The notes under the pieces are model-generated. The model searched no databases, had not been told where the DNA came from, and was given only the letters and a program-made list of their open reading frames with translations. This document shows, piece after piece, positions 8,817-19,795 of a stretch of DNA of 64,000 nt. Numbering within the stretch: position 1 is the first letter of the stretch; every line of letters starts with the position of its first letter. The DNA is from an uncultured bacterium (GTDB lineage: Bacteria; Verrucomicrobiota; Verrucomicrobiia; Verrucomicrobiales; DEV007). Where the stretch lies: the NCBI GenBank assembly GCA_963977015.1, contig CAXBMO010000004.1, forward strand, positions 192,001 to 256,000, read 5' to 3'. The position numbers and the translations under genes were made by a program.

Positions 8817-10094
8817 CTATCCAAACATCCCGGAAATCGGCTTCCCGCGATCGGTGATCGGAACCGGCCGGTCGCCGTCGTAAAGGTTCTTGCGATAGTC
8901 CACTCCGACAGCCGCGCAGATCGTCGCGAAAAAATCGGGAACGCCAACGGGGTTGGAGACGATCTTCTTGGTGAGATCATCCGTCTCGCCCCAGGCACCG
9001 TGATGCTTCAGACCACCACCCGCGAGAACGCAGGTAAAGGCGCTGCCCTGGTGACCGCGTCCGCCACCGCCGTCAAACTCCGGCGGACGACCGAACTCGG
9101 TGGTGATGACGAGAAGCGTCTTGTCGAGAAGCCCCTTCGATTCAAGATCGGTGATGAGAGTCGAAAACGCAGTGTCGAGTTCACGAATCAGCTCGTGCTG
9201 CTGAAGGATGCCCTCGTTGTGGGTATCCCAGCCGGTTCCGTTAAGGAAATTCAGGTTGTGGGAAACTTCGACGAAGCGAACGCCGCGCTCGACAAGACGC
9301 CGACTGAGGAGGCAACGCTGCCCGAATTCTCCACCATAACGGGTTCGCAAATCGGCGGGCTCTTCGTCCAGTTGAAAGACGCGATTGAAGTCCGGCCCGC
9401 TCAACTTGAGACTTTGCTCGATGGCTGCGTCGTAGCTCCGCAGTTCAGGATGGTTGGTCGGATCTGCATTGGCCCGAAGCGCGGCGAGAAACTGTTCGCG
9501 GCGCGTCTGGCGTTCGGCCGTAATTCCTTTGGGCCGCGAGAGCCCCGCCGGACCGCGGCTGGTGTCGGTCAGGTAAAGGTAACCGGATTGCGCTCCGAGA
9601 AACCCGGGTCCGCGGGTCACGTTGGGATAGCCGATGACGACGTAGGGCGGCGCGCCGTCGGCGGCAGCTCCTCGTTCGTGAGCGATGATCGAACCGATTG
9701 ACGGATAGCTGACGGTGCCGCTGATGGGACGTCCGGTGTGCATCCGGTTGGTGGCTGCGGCATGCTCATCGATCACATCATGATGAACGGTTCGCACCGC
9801 GGTGACGCGATCCATAAGGGGAGCCAGATTGGCGAAATGTTCACAAACTTGAACTCCCGGCACGGCGGTATCGATGGCCGGATAGTAGGAGCCGGCTTTT
9901 TTCGCTTTGGGATCTCCGAGCCGTTTGGGATCGAAGGTGTCAATCTGCGCCATGCCGCCTCCGAGCCAGATGGAAATCACGTGTTCGGCATTGCCGCTAA
10001 TGAGCTCATCCGCCGGATTGGCGAGGAGGGAATGGGGAAGCGCCAGTCCTCCCGCAAGGGAAGTTCCGGTTCCGAGAAATTGTCGGCGATTCAT
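8817..10094 (-). CDS. DUF1501 family protein (Tat-exported, sulfatase-like fold)
   Basis: MNRRQFL Tat motif; [34 protein letters not shown] and GRGH motifs. Confidence 0.92.
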   Translation of the reverse strand: MNRRQFLGTGTSLAGGLALPHSLLANPADELISGNAEHVISIWLGGGMAQIDTFDPKRLGDPKAKKAGSYYPAIDTAVPGVQVCEHFANLAPLMDRVTAVRTVHHDVIDEHAAATNRMHTGRPISGTVSYPSIGSIIAHERGAAADGAPPYVVIGYPNVTRGPGFLGAQSGYLYLTDTSRGPAGLSRPKGITAERQTRREQFLAALRANADPTNHPELRSYDAAIEQSLKLSGPDFNRVFQLDEEPADLRTRYGGEFGQRCLLSRRLVERGVRFVEVSHNLNFLNGTGWDTHNEGILQQHELIRELDTAFSTLITDLESKGLLDKTLLVITTEFGRPPEFDGGGGRGHQGSAFTCVLAGGGLKHHGAWGETDDLTKKIVSNPVGVPDFFATICAAVGVDYRKNLYDGDRPVPITDRGKPISGMFG

Positions 10095-10132
10095 AGGTGG
10101 GTCGTTTTTCAGGTGAATGATAGGTGGAGGGT

Positions 10133-13100
10133 TCAGGGCATCCAGACAAAATCGCGGTCGTTGATCAAACTCCAGATGACGTCCTCGTAGACTTCGCGCC
10201 AGGCGGCCTGGAGGCGTGGGTCGGGGCTGGGACCGCGCTGAACGCGCTTTTCGACTTTGAGCTGAATGGAATTGGCCTCCGGGCGAACGTGGTTGAGCCA
10301 GGTGGCGAGAGGCAGCGGCTCAGGTTTGGTGGGAATGATTTGTTCATCCCGGGGGACGAGGCGTTCGGCAAAGCCGGCGCGCAGGGCGGGGAGAAAGGCC
10401 TCGCGCTCTGCCGGACGAGGCGCGCGGGTGAGAAAGCGGAGGAACAGCTCCTCCAGCAGGATTTCCGGCGACTCCGCTTCGACGGCGAGGTCGGCCAACT
10501 CACTTTGATGCGAGGCTCGGGACAGCGATTGAACCAGCGTGCCGTTGGCGAGGACGCCCGGTTGCAGCACGTTGGGATCCTCCGCACGTTCGAAGATCGG
10601 CATCTGGCGGGAACCGTTCCAACCGAAGGCTTCGAGCACGTCCACCGTGGTTTGGGCATGCGGGAGCGCCAAGCTGGGGCGATCACGCTCGTTATTGAGA
10701 CTGGCAAACATCCAACCGCGCCGGGGAACTCCGAGCGTCTGTCGCCGTCCGAGGAGGTGGCGGCCATCGTGAACAAAGGTGAGTTCCTCCGAGTCAATCG
10801 GTTTGCCCGTAGAAGCGTGCAACGTGTCCACAACCTGCTCAGCACTGAGGCGGCGGCGGGCGGGAGCCGCGAAAAACCGTTCCGCGGCTGGCAACGAAAC
10901 CAGATCCAGATCGCCGGGTTCGCGTTGATACGCTTCGGAGCTGACAATGAGCCGGATGACGTGCCGCAAATCGTAACCATTGGCGATGAACTCGCCCGCG
11001 AGCCAGTCCAGCAGTTCCGGGTGACTGACGTCGCGGCCTTCCCAGTCGTAAACCGGCTCGACCATCCCCGCTCCCATGAGCCGCTTCCAGGTGCGATTGA
11101 TCAGGACCCGGGAAAACCGGCGATTTTCCGGCGAAGTGACCAAGGCGGCGAAGCGCTCACGCGAGTCACTCGGTTTGGTCACGAGTCTCGCGATGTTCTC
11201 CCCATCGGAAACCCCGGTCGTCGCCGCGAACGGCCATTTTGGAGCGATGACTTCGTCCGGCTTGAGCGTCACCTGGATGAGCGATTCCCGGCCCTTGTTT
11301 TCGAAGAACCCGGCCGGAACCCGGCTCGTTTCCGGAACCTGTGTCGGCTTGCGTCCCAGCATGGCCGCCAGGGAGTACAAATCGCGCTGGGTGGTGCTGT
11401 GATAGGGGGAATCGTGACAACGGGCGCACTGCAATTCGATGCCGAGGAAGGCCGAGGCAACAATGTGGCCCTTGGCCGCGAACGGCGCGTCATTTTCCGC
11501 CGCAAGCGCGAACCCGGCACTGCCGCCGTGAGCGGAATCTCCCCGCATCAGGAGCAGTTCCGTGACCATCCGGTCGAGCGGCTTGCCGTCACGAAGGGAA
11601 TCGTAGAGAAACCAGCGAAACGGCCCGGTGCTGTTGAGCGACGGATTGATCAGGGTGGGGTTTTCCGCGAGGAGATCGAGCCACTCACTCATCTGGTGAT
11701 CGGCCCAGCGTTCGTCGGCGAGCAGGCGGTCGATCAGACGATTTCGCTTGTCCGGGCTTGGATCGTCCAAAAACGCGCGGACCTCGCCGGCAGTCGGCGG
11801 AAGACCGATGATGTCGAGGGTCACACGGCGAAGGAAGGCTTCGTCGCTGGTCCGCGGAGTTTTGGCGACTTTCTCCGGACTCACTGGCGGAGCCGGCCAC
11901 TTGGCGCCTTTCTGAATCCAAGCCTCAAGCGCCGCGATTTGTGCTTCGGGCAGGGGATCGCCCGTCGGCGGCATGATCAGATCGTCGTCATCGCTGCGGA
12001 GACGCAGGATCAGTTCGCTGGATTCCGGATCGCCGGGTACGAGCGCCGGGATTTCCGAGTCGCCTCCGCTCAGGGCGGCCTCAAGGCTGTCCAACTTCAA
12101 GCCACCCTTTTCTTTATCGCCGTGGCAGCGGAAACAGGCTTCGCGAAGAACGCTCAAAACCTCGTGATCAAAGGTTTCGCCATCTTCAGAGGAAGAGGAT
12201 CCAGCCAAGCTGGCCGCCTCAATGCGTGCATCAAGAAAGGCGTCGACAGGATGCCCGGCACTTGGCGGTGCCGGCGGAGGATTCTGGGAAACCCATTCCG
12301 CCGCGAGCTGATGGCGCTTCTTCCAAAACTCATCCTGCGATCGGGATGCAGTCCGTCGATTGCGATCGTCCAACGCCGAAAGTTCGGATTCCAGTTGCGC
12401 GAGAACGGGTTCAACCGCCGCATCGGTCAGCGGCAGGGGCGACTCTCCACCTGCGCGGAGGACGGCAAAGGAATCTCCGCTCGCCGACTCGATCGCGACG
12501 CAAACCTCGCCCGTTTCGGTCCGCTGATTCTTGCCCCCGGCAACCAGTTCCAGCACCACGCGGGAAGGGCCATCCGCCCCGGTTGGAAGATCGACCATGC
12601 CGAACACCTCCTGGTGATGGTAGTCCTTGATGCGAACGCCGGGATGAGGCGGTTCTGCCAGTGGCGTGACCGGCTCGTGGCCGTTCGGCGTCGAGGCGCG
12701 AGCGGGCTTGGTCTCGGCGACGAGTTTGCCGTCGATCCAGAGCCGCGCCAGGCCGCGGGTTCGCAGCAGAAAACGCCGCTGTCCCTCCGGCAGTTCCACG
12801 TCCGCCGCCATCCGAATCAGCACCGGCGCTTTCCACGCACCCCGAATCCCCCAGCTGTCGTAGCGCACAGGCACGCGGGGAAGCAGGAACACGTCGCTCG
12901 TCCAACGCAGACTTTCTTCCGGAAGCGCGACGGCGTTGGGCCAGCGATTGTAGGTGGGCAGACCTTCGCTGAATTGAACGAGGACTTCCCCTGCTTCGAT
13001 CGGTCCCAAATCCGGCATCTCCGCGACGGCGGGCAACACCACCTGCGGCCCGTCCTTTCTCAGGAATCGGCCGGCCATCTCCTCGTCCGAGAGGCGAGAC

Positions 13101-13846
13101 CGGTGAATCGCGACCATGTCGAGCAACCCCTGAAAGCTGTTGACGGAACTCCCGTTCAAGGCGGAACCAATCCAGACATCGTCGTCATCGACCACAGGCG
13201 GATCGGTGGTCGGGCCATCGACGTCCCATTTGCCTTCCGTGGGCAGCCCGTCGATCCAGCCGCGCATCGTCTCCGGCTTCCCAAATTCATAAGCCAGGGC
13301 GATGTGATGCCAACCAGTCGAGATCTGGAACGCCGCCTCCGAGTTCCAGCGATGCCAGTGCTTCTGTCCAGTGTCGGAGATGCTGGTAAAGAGAAATCCC
13401 AATTGAGCCAGGCCTCCGTTGGCGCCGACGACCCGCATCGACCAGTTCTGGTTGTCCCGGCTGAAACGCGGATTGTGGGTGCGGCCCTTGCCGACGACGT
13501 AGGCAGGTTGACCGGGCCGGAGCGCTTCGACCAGCACCCAAGCTTCGAGCGTGATCGCGTCGCCATTGGTGAAATCGTACTCGCTCTTCGGCCCCGGATC
13601 CTTGACCTCGAAACGGGCGCCGTTGCCTTTCAGCTGCACCGCGGTGTTGTCACTTTCGAGATCGGGGAACTCCGGCGGACGCGGCCCGTCTTGATCGCGA
13701 ATCACGCCGCCGCGTGGAATCAACGGAGCGGGCTCTTCGGAATTGAAATCCCATTTCGCGGCAAGGTGCGAATCTGCGGCATTCACCTGAGACGCACAAA
13801 AGGCGATGAGGAGGATACAGTAACTGGCTGAGAAGAACTTGGTCAT
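10133..13846 (-). CDS. LamG + planctomycete cytochrome c + DUF1549/DUF1553 (PSD1) protein
   Basis: Signal peptide; LamG-like WHHIAL region; heme motifs CFRCH and [30 protein letters not shown]. Confidence 0.92.
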   Translation of the reverse strand: MTKFFSASYCILLIAFCASQVNAADSHLAAKWDFNSEEPAPLIPRGGVIRDQDGPRPPEFPDLESDNTAVQLKGNGARFEVKDPGPKSEYDFTNGDAITLEAWVLVEALRPGQPAYVVGKGRTHNPRFSRDNQNWSMRVVGANGGLAQLGFLFTSISDTGQKHWHRWNSEAAFQISTGWHHIALAYEFGKPETMRGWIDGLPTEGKWDVDGPTTDPPVVDDDDVWIGSALNGSSVNSFQGLLDMVAIHRSRLSDEEMAGRFLRKDGPQVVLPAVAEMPDLGPIEAGEVLVQFSEGLPTYNRWPNAVALPEESLRWTSDVFLLPRVPVRYDSWGIRGAWKAPVLIRMAADVELPEGQRRFLLRTRGLARLWIDGKLVAETKPARASTPNGHEPVTPLAEPPHPGVRIKDYHHQEVFGMVDLPTGADGPSRVVLELVAGGKNQRTETGEVCVAIESASGDSFAVLRAGGESPLPLTDAAVEPVLAQLESELSALDDRNRRTASRSQDEFWKKRHQLAAEWVSQNPPPAPPSAGHPVDAFLDARIEAASLAGSSSSEDGETFDHEVLSVLREACFRCHGDKEKGGLKLDSLEAALSGGDSEIPALVPGDPESSELILRLRSDDDDLIMPPTGDPLPEAQIAALEAWIQKGAKWPAPPVSPEKVAKTPRTSDEAFLRRVTLDIIGLPPTAGEVRAFLDDPSPDKRNRLIDRLLADERWADHQMSEWLDLLAENPTLINPSLNSTGPFRWFLYDSLRDGKPLDRMVTELLLMRGDSAHGGSAGFALAAENDAPFAAKGHIVASAFLGIELQCARCHDSPYHSTTQRDLYSLAAMLGRKPTQVPETSRVPAGFFENKGRESLIQVTLKPDEVIAPKWPFAATTGVSDGENIARLVTKPSDSRERFAALVTSPENRRFSRVLINRTWKRLMGAGMVEPVYDWEGRDVSHPELLDWLAGEFIANGYDLRHVIRLIVSSEAYQREPGDLDLVSLPAAERFFAAPARRRLSAEQVVDTLHASTGKPIDSEELTFVHDGRHLLGRRQTLGVPRRGWMFASLNNERDRPSLALPHAQTTVDVLEAFGWNGSRQMPIFERAEDPNVLQPGVLANGTLVQSLSRASHQSELADLAVEAESPEILLEELFLRFLTRAPRPAEREAFLPALRAGFAERLVPRDEQIIPTKPEPLPLATWLNHVRPEANSIQLKVEKRVQRGPSPDPRLQAAWREVYEDVIWSLINDRDFVWMP

Positions 13847-13865
13847 GGGTTTTGGAGAAAAAGGG

Positions 13866-15488
13866 TTAGTTGGAGGGCAGGCCGACGATCACCAACGGAT
13901 CCACCTGGTTGTCGTCGTCCATCGCGTCCTGAAAGAAGAGTGTTTGCACCGTCTCGTGCGGGCCGTAGCCGAGATCCGAGAGATCGATCCCGACCGCGAT
14001 GGCCTGGAAACGCAGTTGAGAAACGCTGGGCTTGACCGGCGAAGACTCCAGGTTGGCGAGAGAGGGAACCGGCTCCTCGCTTTGATACAAAATGCGACGG
14101 GAAACCGACAGGGCATCGGCCGAAGCCACCATCAAATCGTAGCGCGGCACGGTATGCGATCGCAGCCGGTCCTCCCAGGGCAGCGGGCTCACGTGAAAGG
14201 CGTCGCCCTCCGGCGGGTTTGACTGGTTCTGGATCTCGAAAAAGACGATATCGGGACCGGGACCATTCTTCACGGGTTGATGGAAGCGAACTGAGAAACC
14301 CGGCGTCTCGTTCGGATCAAAGGGCCCCGAAAGCGGCTGCGGACTTCCGCCCGGATTGATGACCCCGGTATCGAATCGGAAATCTTCCAACAACGTTGCG
14401 CGCCGTTCCGGCAGCCGGGTTCCTTCCGCTCCCACGAGGTGCCCGATGAGATGCTTCGTCGTTCCACCGTGAAACCCGGTCAGCTCAATCGGGATCAGCG
14501 ACTCGGCGGAGTAATGATGCTCCTTGCCGCCCCGCTGCACCGTGACACCGGCCAAGGTTTTCGCGAGCCCGTCAGGTCCCGCTTCCGCTTGATAGGAAAT
14601 CACCCGGTCCGGCAGGCCATGCCGGTAGGGCTTCGGCGAAAAGGGAACCGCGGCGGTGAAGCCATACCCAATCATCCGAGCCTCTCCATCCGTCAGGTGA
14701 AGTTTTTCGGCGGCGTTCTCCCCGCCGGGATGAACGTCGGCAGCACCTTCGACAACCTGCACTTCCGTTTCGCTCGCTTCCGAGACATTCACGAAAAAAC
14801 GCGTCCCCCGGTCCACCACGCGACCGTTCGGCGTGTCGACCCGGAATCCTTCGGCTCCATCCGGGGCATGAACCGAACAGCGCCCGACATCGAGCGCCAA
14901 GTGATCGTCGGAGAGGACCCGGAACACGGCGGGAGCCTCGACAATCGTCTTCGCTCCGGCCGGAAAGGCCAATTCCACCGATCCGGAAACGAGGGTGTAG
15001 TCCCGCTGCAATTCCGGGTTCGACTTCACTGACGGAGTCCGCTCACCGAAAAAATTGGCTTGTGCCAGACTCGAAAACTGAACCCGGCTTGTGGGGGAAC
15101 CCGCCTCGTCCGCTTCGTGGGTCATGAGGAACGCCACCATCAACAACGCGGCGACCGCCCATCCACCGAACTGGAGAATCTGCGGGAACAGGGCGATTTT
15201 CGAAGTCGCGGAGCCCTCCGGCTGAAGCCGCTTGATGACGCCCGCCGAAAAATCCTCTCCGCTATCGGGAAGGCACTGAAGGGTTTCCTCAACGAAGGCA
15301 TCCGACGAATCCCGCGTCGCCAGCACGCCAAGTAGACGATGCGTTTGAAACGTATCCGTGGCGAGCTCGAGGAGCTGTTCGTCGTCTGCCATCAGCCGCT
15401 GCAACTCGGCAATCCCGGCTTCATCCAGTTCACCTTCCAGGTAATCGGACCAGAGTTCGTCAAAGCGTTCTTCGTTCGGATTCGTCAT
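13866..15488 (-). CDS. FecR-domain anti-sigma factor
   Basis: N-terminal anti-sigma helices, one TM, and FecR motif GFRVDTPNGRVVDRGTRF. Overlaps the sigma factor stop. Confidence 0.85.
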   Translation of the reverse strand: MTNPNEERFDELWSDYLEGELDEAGIAELQRLMADDEQLLELATDTFQTHRLLGVLATRDSSDAFVEETLQCLPDSGEDFSAGVIKRLQPEGSATSKIALFPQILQFGGWAVAALLMVAFLMTHEADEAGSPTSRVQFSSLAQANFFGERTPSVKSNPELQRDYTLVSGSVELAFPAGAKTIVEAPAVFRVLSDDHLALDVGRCSVHAPDGAEGFRVDTPNGRVVDRGTRFFVNVSEASETEVQVVEGAADVHPGGENAAEKLHLTDGEARMIGYGFTAAVPFSPKPYRHGLPDRVISYQAEAGPDGLAKTLAGVTVQRGGKEHHYSAESLIPIELTGFHGGTTKHLIGHLVGAEGTRLPERRATLLEDFRFDTGVINPGGSPQPLSGPFDPNETPGFSVRFHQPVKNGPGPDIVFFEIQNQSNPPEGDAFHVSPLPWEDRLRSHTVPRYDLMVASADALSVSRRILYQSEEPVPSLANLESSPVKPSVSQLRFQAIAVGIDLSDLGYGPHETVQTLFFQDAMDDDNQVDPLVIVGLPSN

Positions 15489-16063
15489 GCCGCTCCTCCG
15501 TTCGCCAGTTCCATTCGGTCCAGAATGCAGTCGCGCAGTTTGCGGCGCAGTTTCCAGAGCACCTTCTTCACCGCAGCCACCGAGCGCTCGCTCCGCGTGG
15601 CCATTTCCTCGAGCGGAATCTCCTCTTCATAACGCCAGGTGAGAAAACGTCTCGACGGTCCCTCGATCTGCGAAAGGCAGGCTTCCAGGCAATCCAATCG
15701 TTCCAGAATCTTTTCCGGCGGATCCTCCTGACGGCGTTCCAGTTCCCGGCAGAGAATGTCCGGCGCATAGCGCGAATGGTAGTCGGCCACCCGCCGCAGC
15801 CGGGTCGTTTCGGTTCGCAACTGGAACCGCGCGATGGTGAACAACCATGCGGCGAAATCGGTTCCCGGCTGGTAGTCCTCAAGCTTGCTGTAGGCCACGA
15901 TGAAGCTGCGTTGCGCGATGTCATCCACGTCCACCCCCGGAGGCGCCTGGGTTGCGAGCCACGAGCGAAGGGCCTTTTCGAAACGACGCACCACCGGTTC
16001 AAACGCGGACGGATTCCCGTTCCGGGCGCGCTGGATGGAGATTTCGAGATTCTGGTCCTTCAT
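15485..16063 (-). CDS. ECF RNA polymerase sigma-70 factor
   Basis: Region 2 DVDDIAQRSF...FAAWLFTIAR and region 4 RYEEEIPLEEMA...AVKKVLWKLRRKLR. Confidence 0.92.
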   Translation of the reverse strand: MKDQNLEISIQRARNGNPSAFEPVVRRFEKALRSWLATQAPPGVDVDDIAQRSFIVAYSKLEDYQPGTDFAAWLFTIARFQLRTETTRLRRVADYHSRYAPDILCRELERRQEDPPEKILERLDCLEACLSQIEGPSRRFLTWRYEEEIPLEEMATRSERSVAAVKKVLWKLRRKLRDCILDRMELANGGAA

Positions 16064-16203
16064 GGTCGATGTTCACCAAGGAATGGCAGGAAACCGACAA
16101 AGGTTACCCCTATTTTTTGGGTTCTCTCGGATTTGTGGAATCCCAAGGAAAAATGGTAGATTTGTGAGGCAGATGGGCGATACCAGATCAACGCACACGT
16201 TGC

Positions 16204-17154
16204 ATGATCCAATTCAACTCCGTCAGCAAGACTTTCCCCAAAGGCCGGCGTCCGGCCTTGGTGAATCTGAGCTTCTCGGTCGAGAAGGGCGAGGTTTTCG
16301 GCTTGCTGGGGCACAACGGCGCCGGGAAAAGCACTGCACTTGGCGTCCTGTTGGGTTTGGTGCACCCCGATTCCGGCGAAGCCGTCATCAACGGAATTTC
16401 GGTCCAGAAAAAGCGGGAAAAGGCGCTTCAATCAGTCGGAGCCATTTTTGAGTCGCCCAAGTTTTACGAGTACCTCAGCGGTTGGCGAAACCTGAAGGTG
16501 CTGGCCAGCTATTCCGGATACTGGAAGCGCGCGGAAGCGGAGAAGGCGGTGGATTGGGTGGGGCTGACCGAGGCGATTGACCGCAAAGTCGCGACCTACA
16601 GCCAGGGGATGCGACAGCGACTTGCCTTGGCGCAAGCCCTTCTGCCGAGGCCGGAGGTGCTGTTGCTGGACGAACCAACGAACGGTTTGGATCCCGATGG
16701 CATCGTTGAGTTTCGGGAGCGGGTGCGGCGTTTGCGCGACGAATTTGGCATCACGGTGTTGTTAAACTCCCACCTTCTTTCCGAAGTTGAGCAACTCTGC
16801 GATCGCGTTGCGATTTTGCGGCACGGCGAGCTCGCGTTTGAAGGCAAGCTCGTCGAGTTGAGCGATGGAAACACCATTTACGAGGTCAGCGTCGACAACT
16901 GGGATTTGGCGCGATCGGTTCTGGAATTGCTCCCGGTGAAAATTTCCGGCGAAGGACGAATTGGCGTTCCTGACGGAATCGATCCGGCCGATCTCGTCGC
17001 CGGAATGGCGAAAGCGGGAGTCAAGGTTCGAGAGTTCCGGAAACGAAAGGCGTCTTTGGAGAGCATCTATCTCTCGGTCGGCAGAAACGCCGTCAGCCTC
17101 GGAACCGACAGTGTTTCGCCGGATGATCTGCAACTTCAACCCACAACGGATTAA
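16204..17154 (+). CDS. ABC transporter ATP-binding protein (exporter type)
   Basis: Walker A GHNGAGKS, signature YSQGMRQR, Walker B LLLDEPTNGLD, H-loop SH. Confidence 0.95.
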   Translation: MIQFNSVSKTFPKGRRPALVNLSFSVEKGEVFGLLGHNGAGKSTALGVLLGLVHPDSGEAVINGISVQKKREKALQSVGAIFESPKFYEYLSGWRNLKVLASYSGYWKRAEAEKAVDWVGLTEAIDRKVATYSQGMRQRLALAQALLPRPEVLLLDEPTNGLDPDGIVEFRERVRRLRDEFGITVLLNSHLLSEVEQLCDRVAILRHGELAFEGKLVELSDGNTIYEVSVDNWDLARSVLELLPVKISGEGRIGVPDGIDPADLVAGMAKAGVKVREFRKRKASLESIYLSVGRNAVSLGTDSVSPDDLQLQPTTD

Positions 17155-17163
17155 CCCCGGCCA

Positions 17164-18012
17164 GTGTTTCAGTTCATCCGCATCACCTCATCTGAATTGC
17201 TCCGCATGTTTGCCCGGAAGCGGACGTATGGCGGCTACGCGGCGTTCCTCGCTTTCAACCTGCTTTTCCTGGCGATTCTGAGCCGCCCCGGCCCTTCCAA
17301 GCTGTTTCGAAAACCGATGGAGAACGGCGGCTTCGCGTTTGAGGAATACTACTCCGCACTCACGCTTGCCTTCGCAATTCTCGGCCTCACCACCATTTTT
17401 CTGCTCATCCCCTTTCTCGCGCTCGTGGCGGGTGATGTCGTTTCCAAGGAATTGGAGGATGGAAATCTGCGACTCATCCTTTCGCGCCCGGTTTCCCGTG
17501 CCCGCCTGCTCCTCAGCAAGTTCCTTGCCTGCCATATTTACACGTTCACCCTGGTCGCGTTTCTGGCCCTGATCTCCTTTGGAACCGGCGCACTGCTGAC
17601 AACGTGGAACGGCAGCATGTTCGTGATGACGCGACCGCGAGAGGTATTGGGCGTCTTCGATTTCGAGACCGGCCTTCGGCGATACCTAATCAGCGCCGGG
17701 TTCCTGACGTTGTGCATGTCGACCATCTCAAGCGTCGCTTTTCTCTTCTCCTGCCAAAACCTCAAACCGGCCGCCGCGACGATCCTGACCATCTGCGTGT
17801 TCTTTATCGACCGGATTCTGTGGGGCGTCCCCTACTTTCAAGACTATCAGAACTGGTTTCTCACGCCGCATTTGCGGGTCTGGATCCAGGCGTTTGCCGA
17901 TCCCCTCCCCTGGGGAAAACTTGGCTGGCATCTGGGCATTCTGGTCGGGATATCGATCGGCTGCTTTGCCGTGGGCTGGTTGACTTTTCGCAAGCGTGAC
18001 CTGAAGGCTTGA
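17164..18012 (+). CDS. ABC-2 type transporter permease
   Basis: About 6 TM helices; ELEDGNLRLILSRPVSR motif; C-terminal FRKRDL. Confidence 0.88.
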   Translation: MFQFIRITSSELLRMFARKRTYGGYAAFLAFNLLFLAILSRPGPSKLFRKPMENGGFAFEEYYSALTLAFAILGLTTIFLLIPFLALVAGDVVSKELEDGNLRLILSRPVSRARLLLSKFLACHIYTFTLVAFLALISFGTGALLTTWNGSMFVMTRPREVLGVFDFETGLRRYLISAGFLTLCMSTISSVAFLFSCQNLKPAAATILTICVFFIDRILWGVPYFQDYQNWFLTPHLRVWIQAFADPLPWGKLGWHLGILVGISIGCFAVGWLTFRKRDLKA

Positions 18013-18020
18013 AGCAGAAC

Positions 18021-18869
18021 ATGATCGTTTGTGAAACCATTGAGCAAATCAGGGCGGAGCTGAATGCTTCCGCGCACCCCGTGGTTTTCGTCCCCACCAT
18101 GGGCGCCTTGCATGAAGGCCATCTCTCGCTCGTGAAGCGGGCCCGCGAATGGGGCGGCATCAATGCGAAAGTCGTCGTCAGCATCTATGTCAACCCGACG
18201 CAGTTTGCTCCCAACGAGGATTTCAAATCCTACCCGCGCGAGTTGGAATCGGATTTGGAGAAATGCCGCGAGGCTGGCGTGGACGTGATTTTTGCGCCGG
18301 AAGGCAGTTTGTTCCCCGAGTCCGCTTCCACCCACATCGTGGAGGACTCGCTCTCCGAAGGACTCTGCGGAAAAAGCCGCCCGCACTTTTTTGGAGGTGT
18401 CTGCACGGTCGTCGCCAAACTCTTCAATATCGTGCAACCCAATGCCGCCGTTTTTGGAGAAAAAGACTTTCAACAATTGGCGATCATCCGCCGAATGGTT
18501 CGCGATCTGGATTTCCCGATCGAGATTCTCGGAGCCCCGATCGTGCGCGAACCCGACGGACTGGCGATGAGTTCGCGAAATCAGTACCTTTCGGAGCGCG
18601 AACGCGGACAGGCAAAGGTGCTGAGCGAGGCGCTCGAAATGGCGAAGCAATACATGATTGCCGGCGAGCGCGATCCGGATGCGGTTGACTCCGTCGTCCG
18701 TTCCCGGATTCAGACCGCCCGGAGTGCACGAATCGACTATGTCCAAATTGTCGACCCGGAAGACCTTCGCGAACTTTCAAAAATTGAAGACCAAGCACTG
18801 GTTGCCATTGCCGTATTTTTAGGAAAAACGCGCCTCATTGACAACATTTGCGTTCGTGGATTGGCCTAA
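18021..18869 (+). CDS. panC: Pantoate--beta-alanine ligase
   Basis: PTMGALHEGH, VNPTQF, SRPHFFGGV, FGEKDFQQL, DGLAMSSRN and RLIDN motifs. ATG at 18021 (TTG 18009 possible). Confidence 0.97.
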   Translation: MIVCETIEQIRAELNASAHPVVFVPTMGALHEGHLSLVKRAREWGGINAKVVVSIYVNPTQFAPNEDFKSYPRELESDLEKCREAGVDVIFAPEGSLFPESASTHIVEDSLSEGLCGKSRPHFFGGVCTVVAKLFNIVQPNAAVFGEKDFQQLAIIRRMVRDLDFPIEILGAPIVREPDGLAMSSRNQYLSERERGQAKVLSEALEMAKQYMIAGERDPDAVDSVVRSRIQTARSARIDYVQIVDPEDLRELSKIEDQALVAIAVFLGKTRLIDNICVRGLA

Positions 18870-19086
18870 TTTGCGCCGATTTTGAAGAATTTCAGTGTCC
18901 CGAGACCTCTCCACACCCCTGATTTTACAGGGAAATGCTTATTTTACGGTCGAATGTGACAATTACGAGTACGCTCACTTGTTGCAACAGCATCTTTAAT
19001 GTGGCAATTTTATAAATCCCCCCTCAACGCGAGTCACCTGCCACGGCGCACTCGGGAGAGGCTACAAACCTGGAACATTTGGAAAG

Positions 19087-19767
19087 ATGCACAAAATCTT
19101 GACCCTCACCCTCCCCGCGGTTGCGATCTGTCTCAGCAGCTGCGTCAACGAGCCATCCCGCTACAAGAACAGTGGCGAAGTGGCTTCCATCTGGCAACGC
19201 TCACCCCAATACTCGGTGGCTCCTCCGGCGAGACGATATACCGAAGCGAACCAAGCCACCAATCGAGCACCAAGCCGCCCGAGCAGCACCGCCGCCTACA
19301 ACACCTACACCGGCATCAATCGCTACGGCTCGGTTCCCACTCCACCACGGAACTCTTACCAATATCCCTACAGTCCTCCACGCTTGAGCGCGGTTGCACC
19401 TCGATCCAATAATCAACAGCCATCCGCAAGCTCTGAACCCGCGGATCGACAGCCTCCTCAGGAACGCCGGCTTTCTCCAGACCTCGACAACATGCCTCCC
19501 GCCGGAGGCTACGAAACGCGGGAAGCCGTTGGAAGCAATGCGGAGAATCTGGCCAGCACCAAGCGCAACGAGACTCCCGCCCAGAGTGGCAGTTTCAGTC
19601 ATCTGCCCATGGCCGTTCCGGTTCCGGGCAAGTCGGGCTACGTTTCGCTTCCTGCCCCCTACACCAATTCTCCCGAGATCGATGTTCGCGGAATTCCGCC
19701 AGGGACTCCGGTTGAAATTCCAGACAGCAACAACCCTGGAAAAACCATCCAATTTCGGGTTCCCTGA
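19087..19767 (+). CDS. Lipoprotein with disordered linker and small C-terminal beta domain
   Basis: Lipobox LSSC; P/S/T/Y-rich linker; C-terminal PVPGKSGYV...IDVRGIPPG...FRVP. Confidence 0.75.
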   Translation: MHKILTLTLPAVAICLSSCVNEPSRYKNSGEVASIWQRSPQYSVAPPARRYTEANQATNRAPSRPSSTAAYNTYTGINRYGSVPTPPRNSYQYPYSPPRLSAVAPRSNNQQPSASSEPADRQPPQERRLSPDLDNMPPAGGYETREAVGSNAENLASTKRNETPAQSGSFSHLPMAVPVPGKSGYVSLPAPYTNSPEIDVRGIPPGTPVEIPDSNNPGKTIQFRVP

Positions 19768-19795
19768 GATTCGAATTTCCCAACCGGGGTTTTGA

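Noticed and set aside
10124-13831. 1235-aa plus-strand ORF, and similar long antisense ORFs at 539-2314, 40068-41603 and 48280-49971
   Set aside because: These are shadows of well-supported genes on the opposite strand. They are expected in high-GC DNA and carry no motifs.
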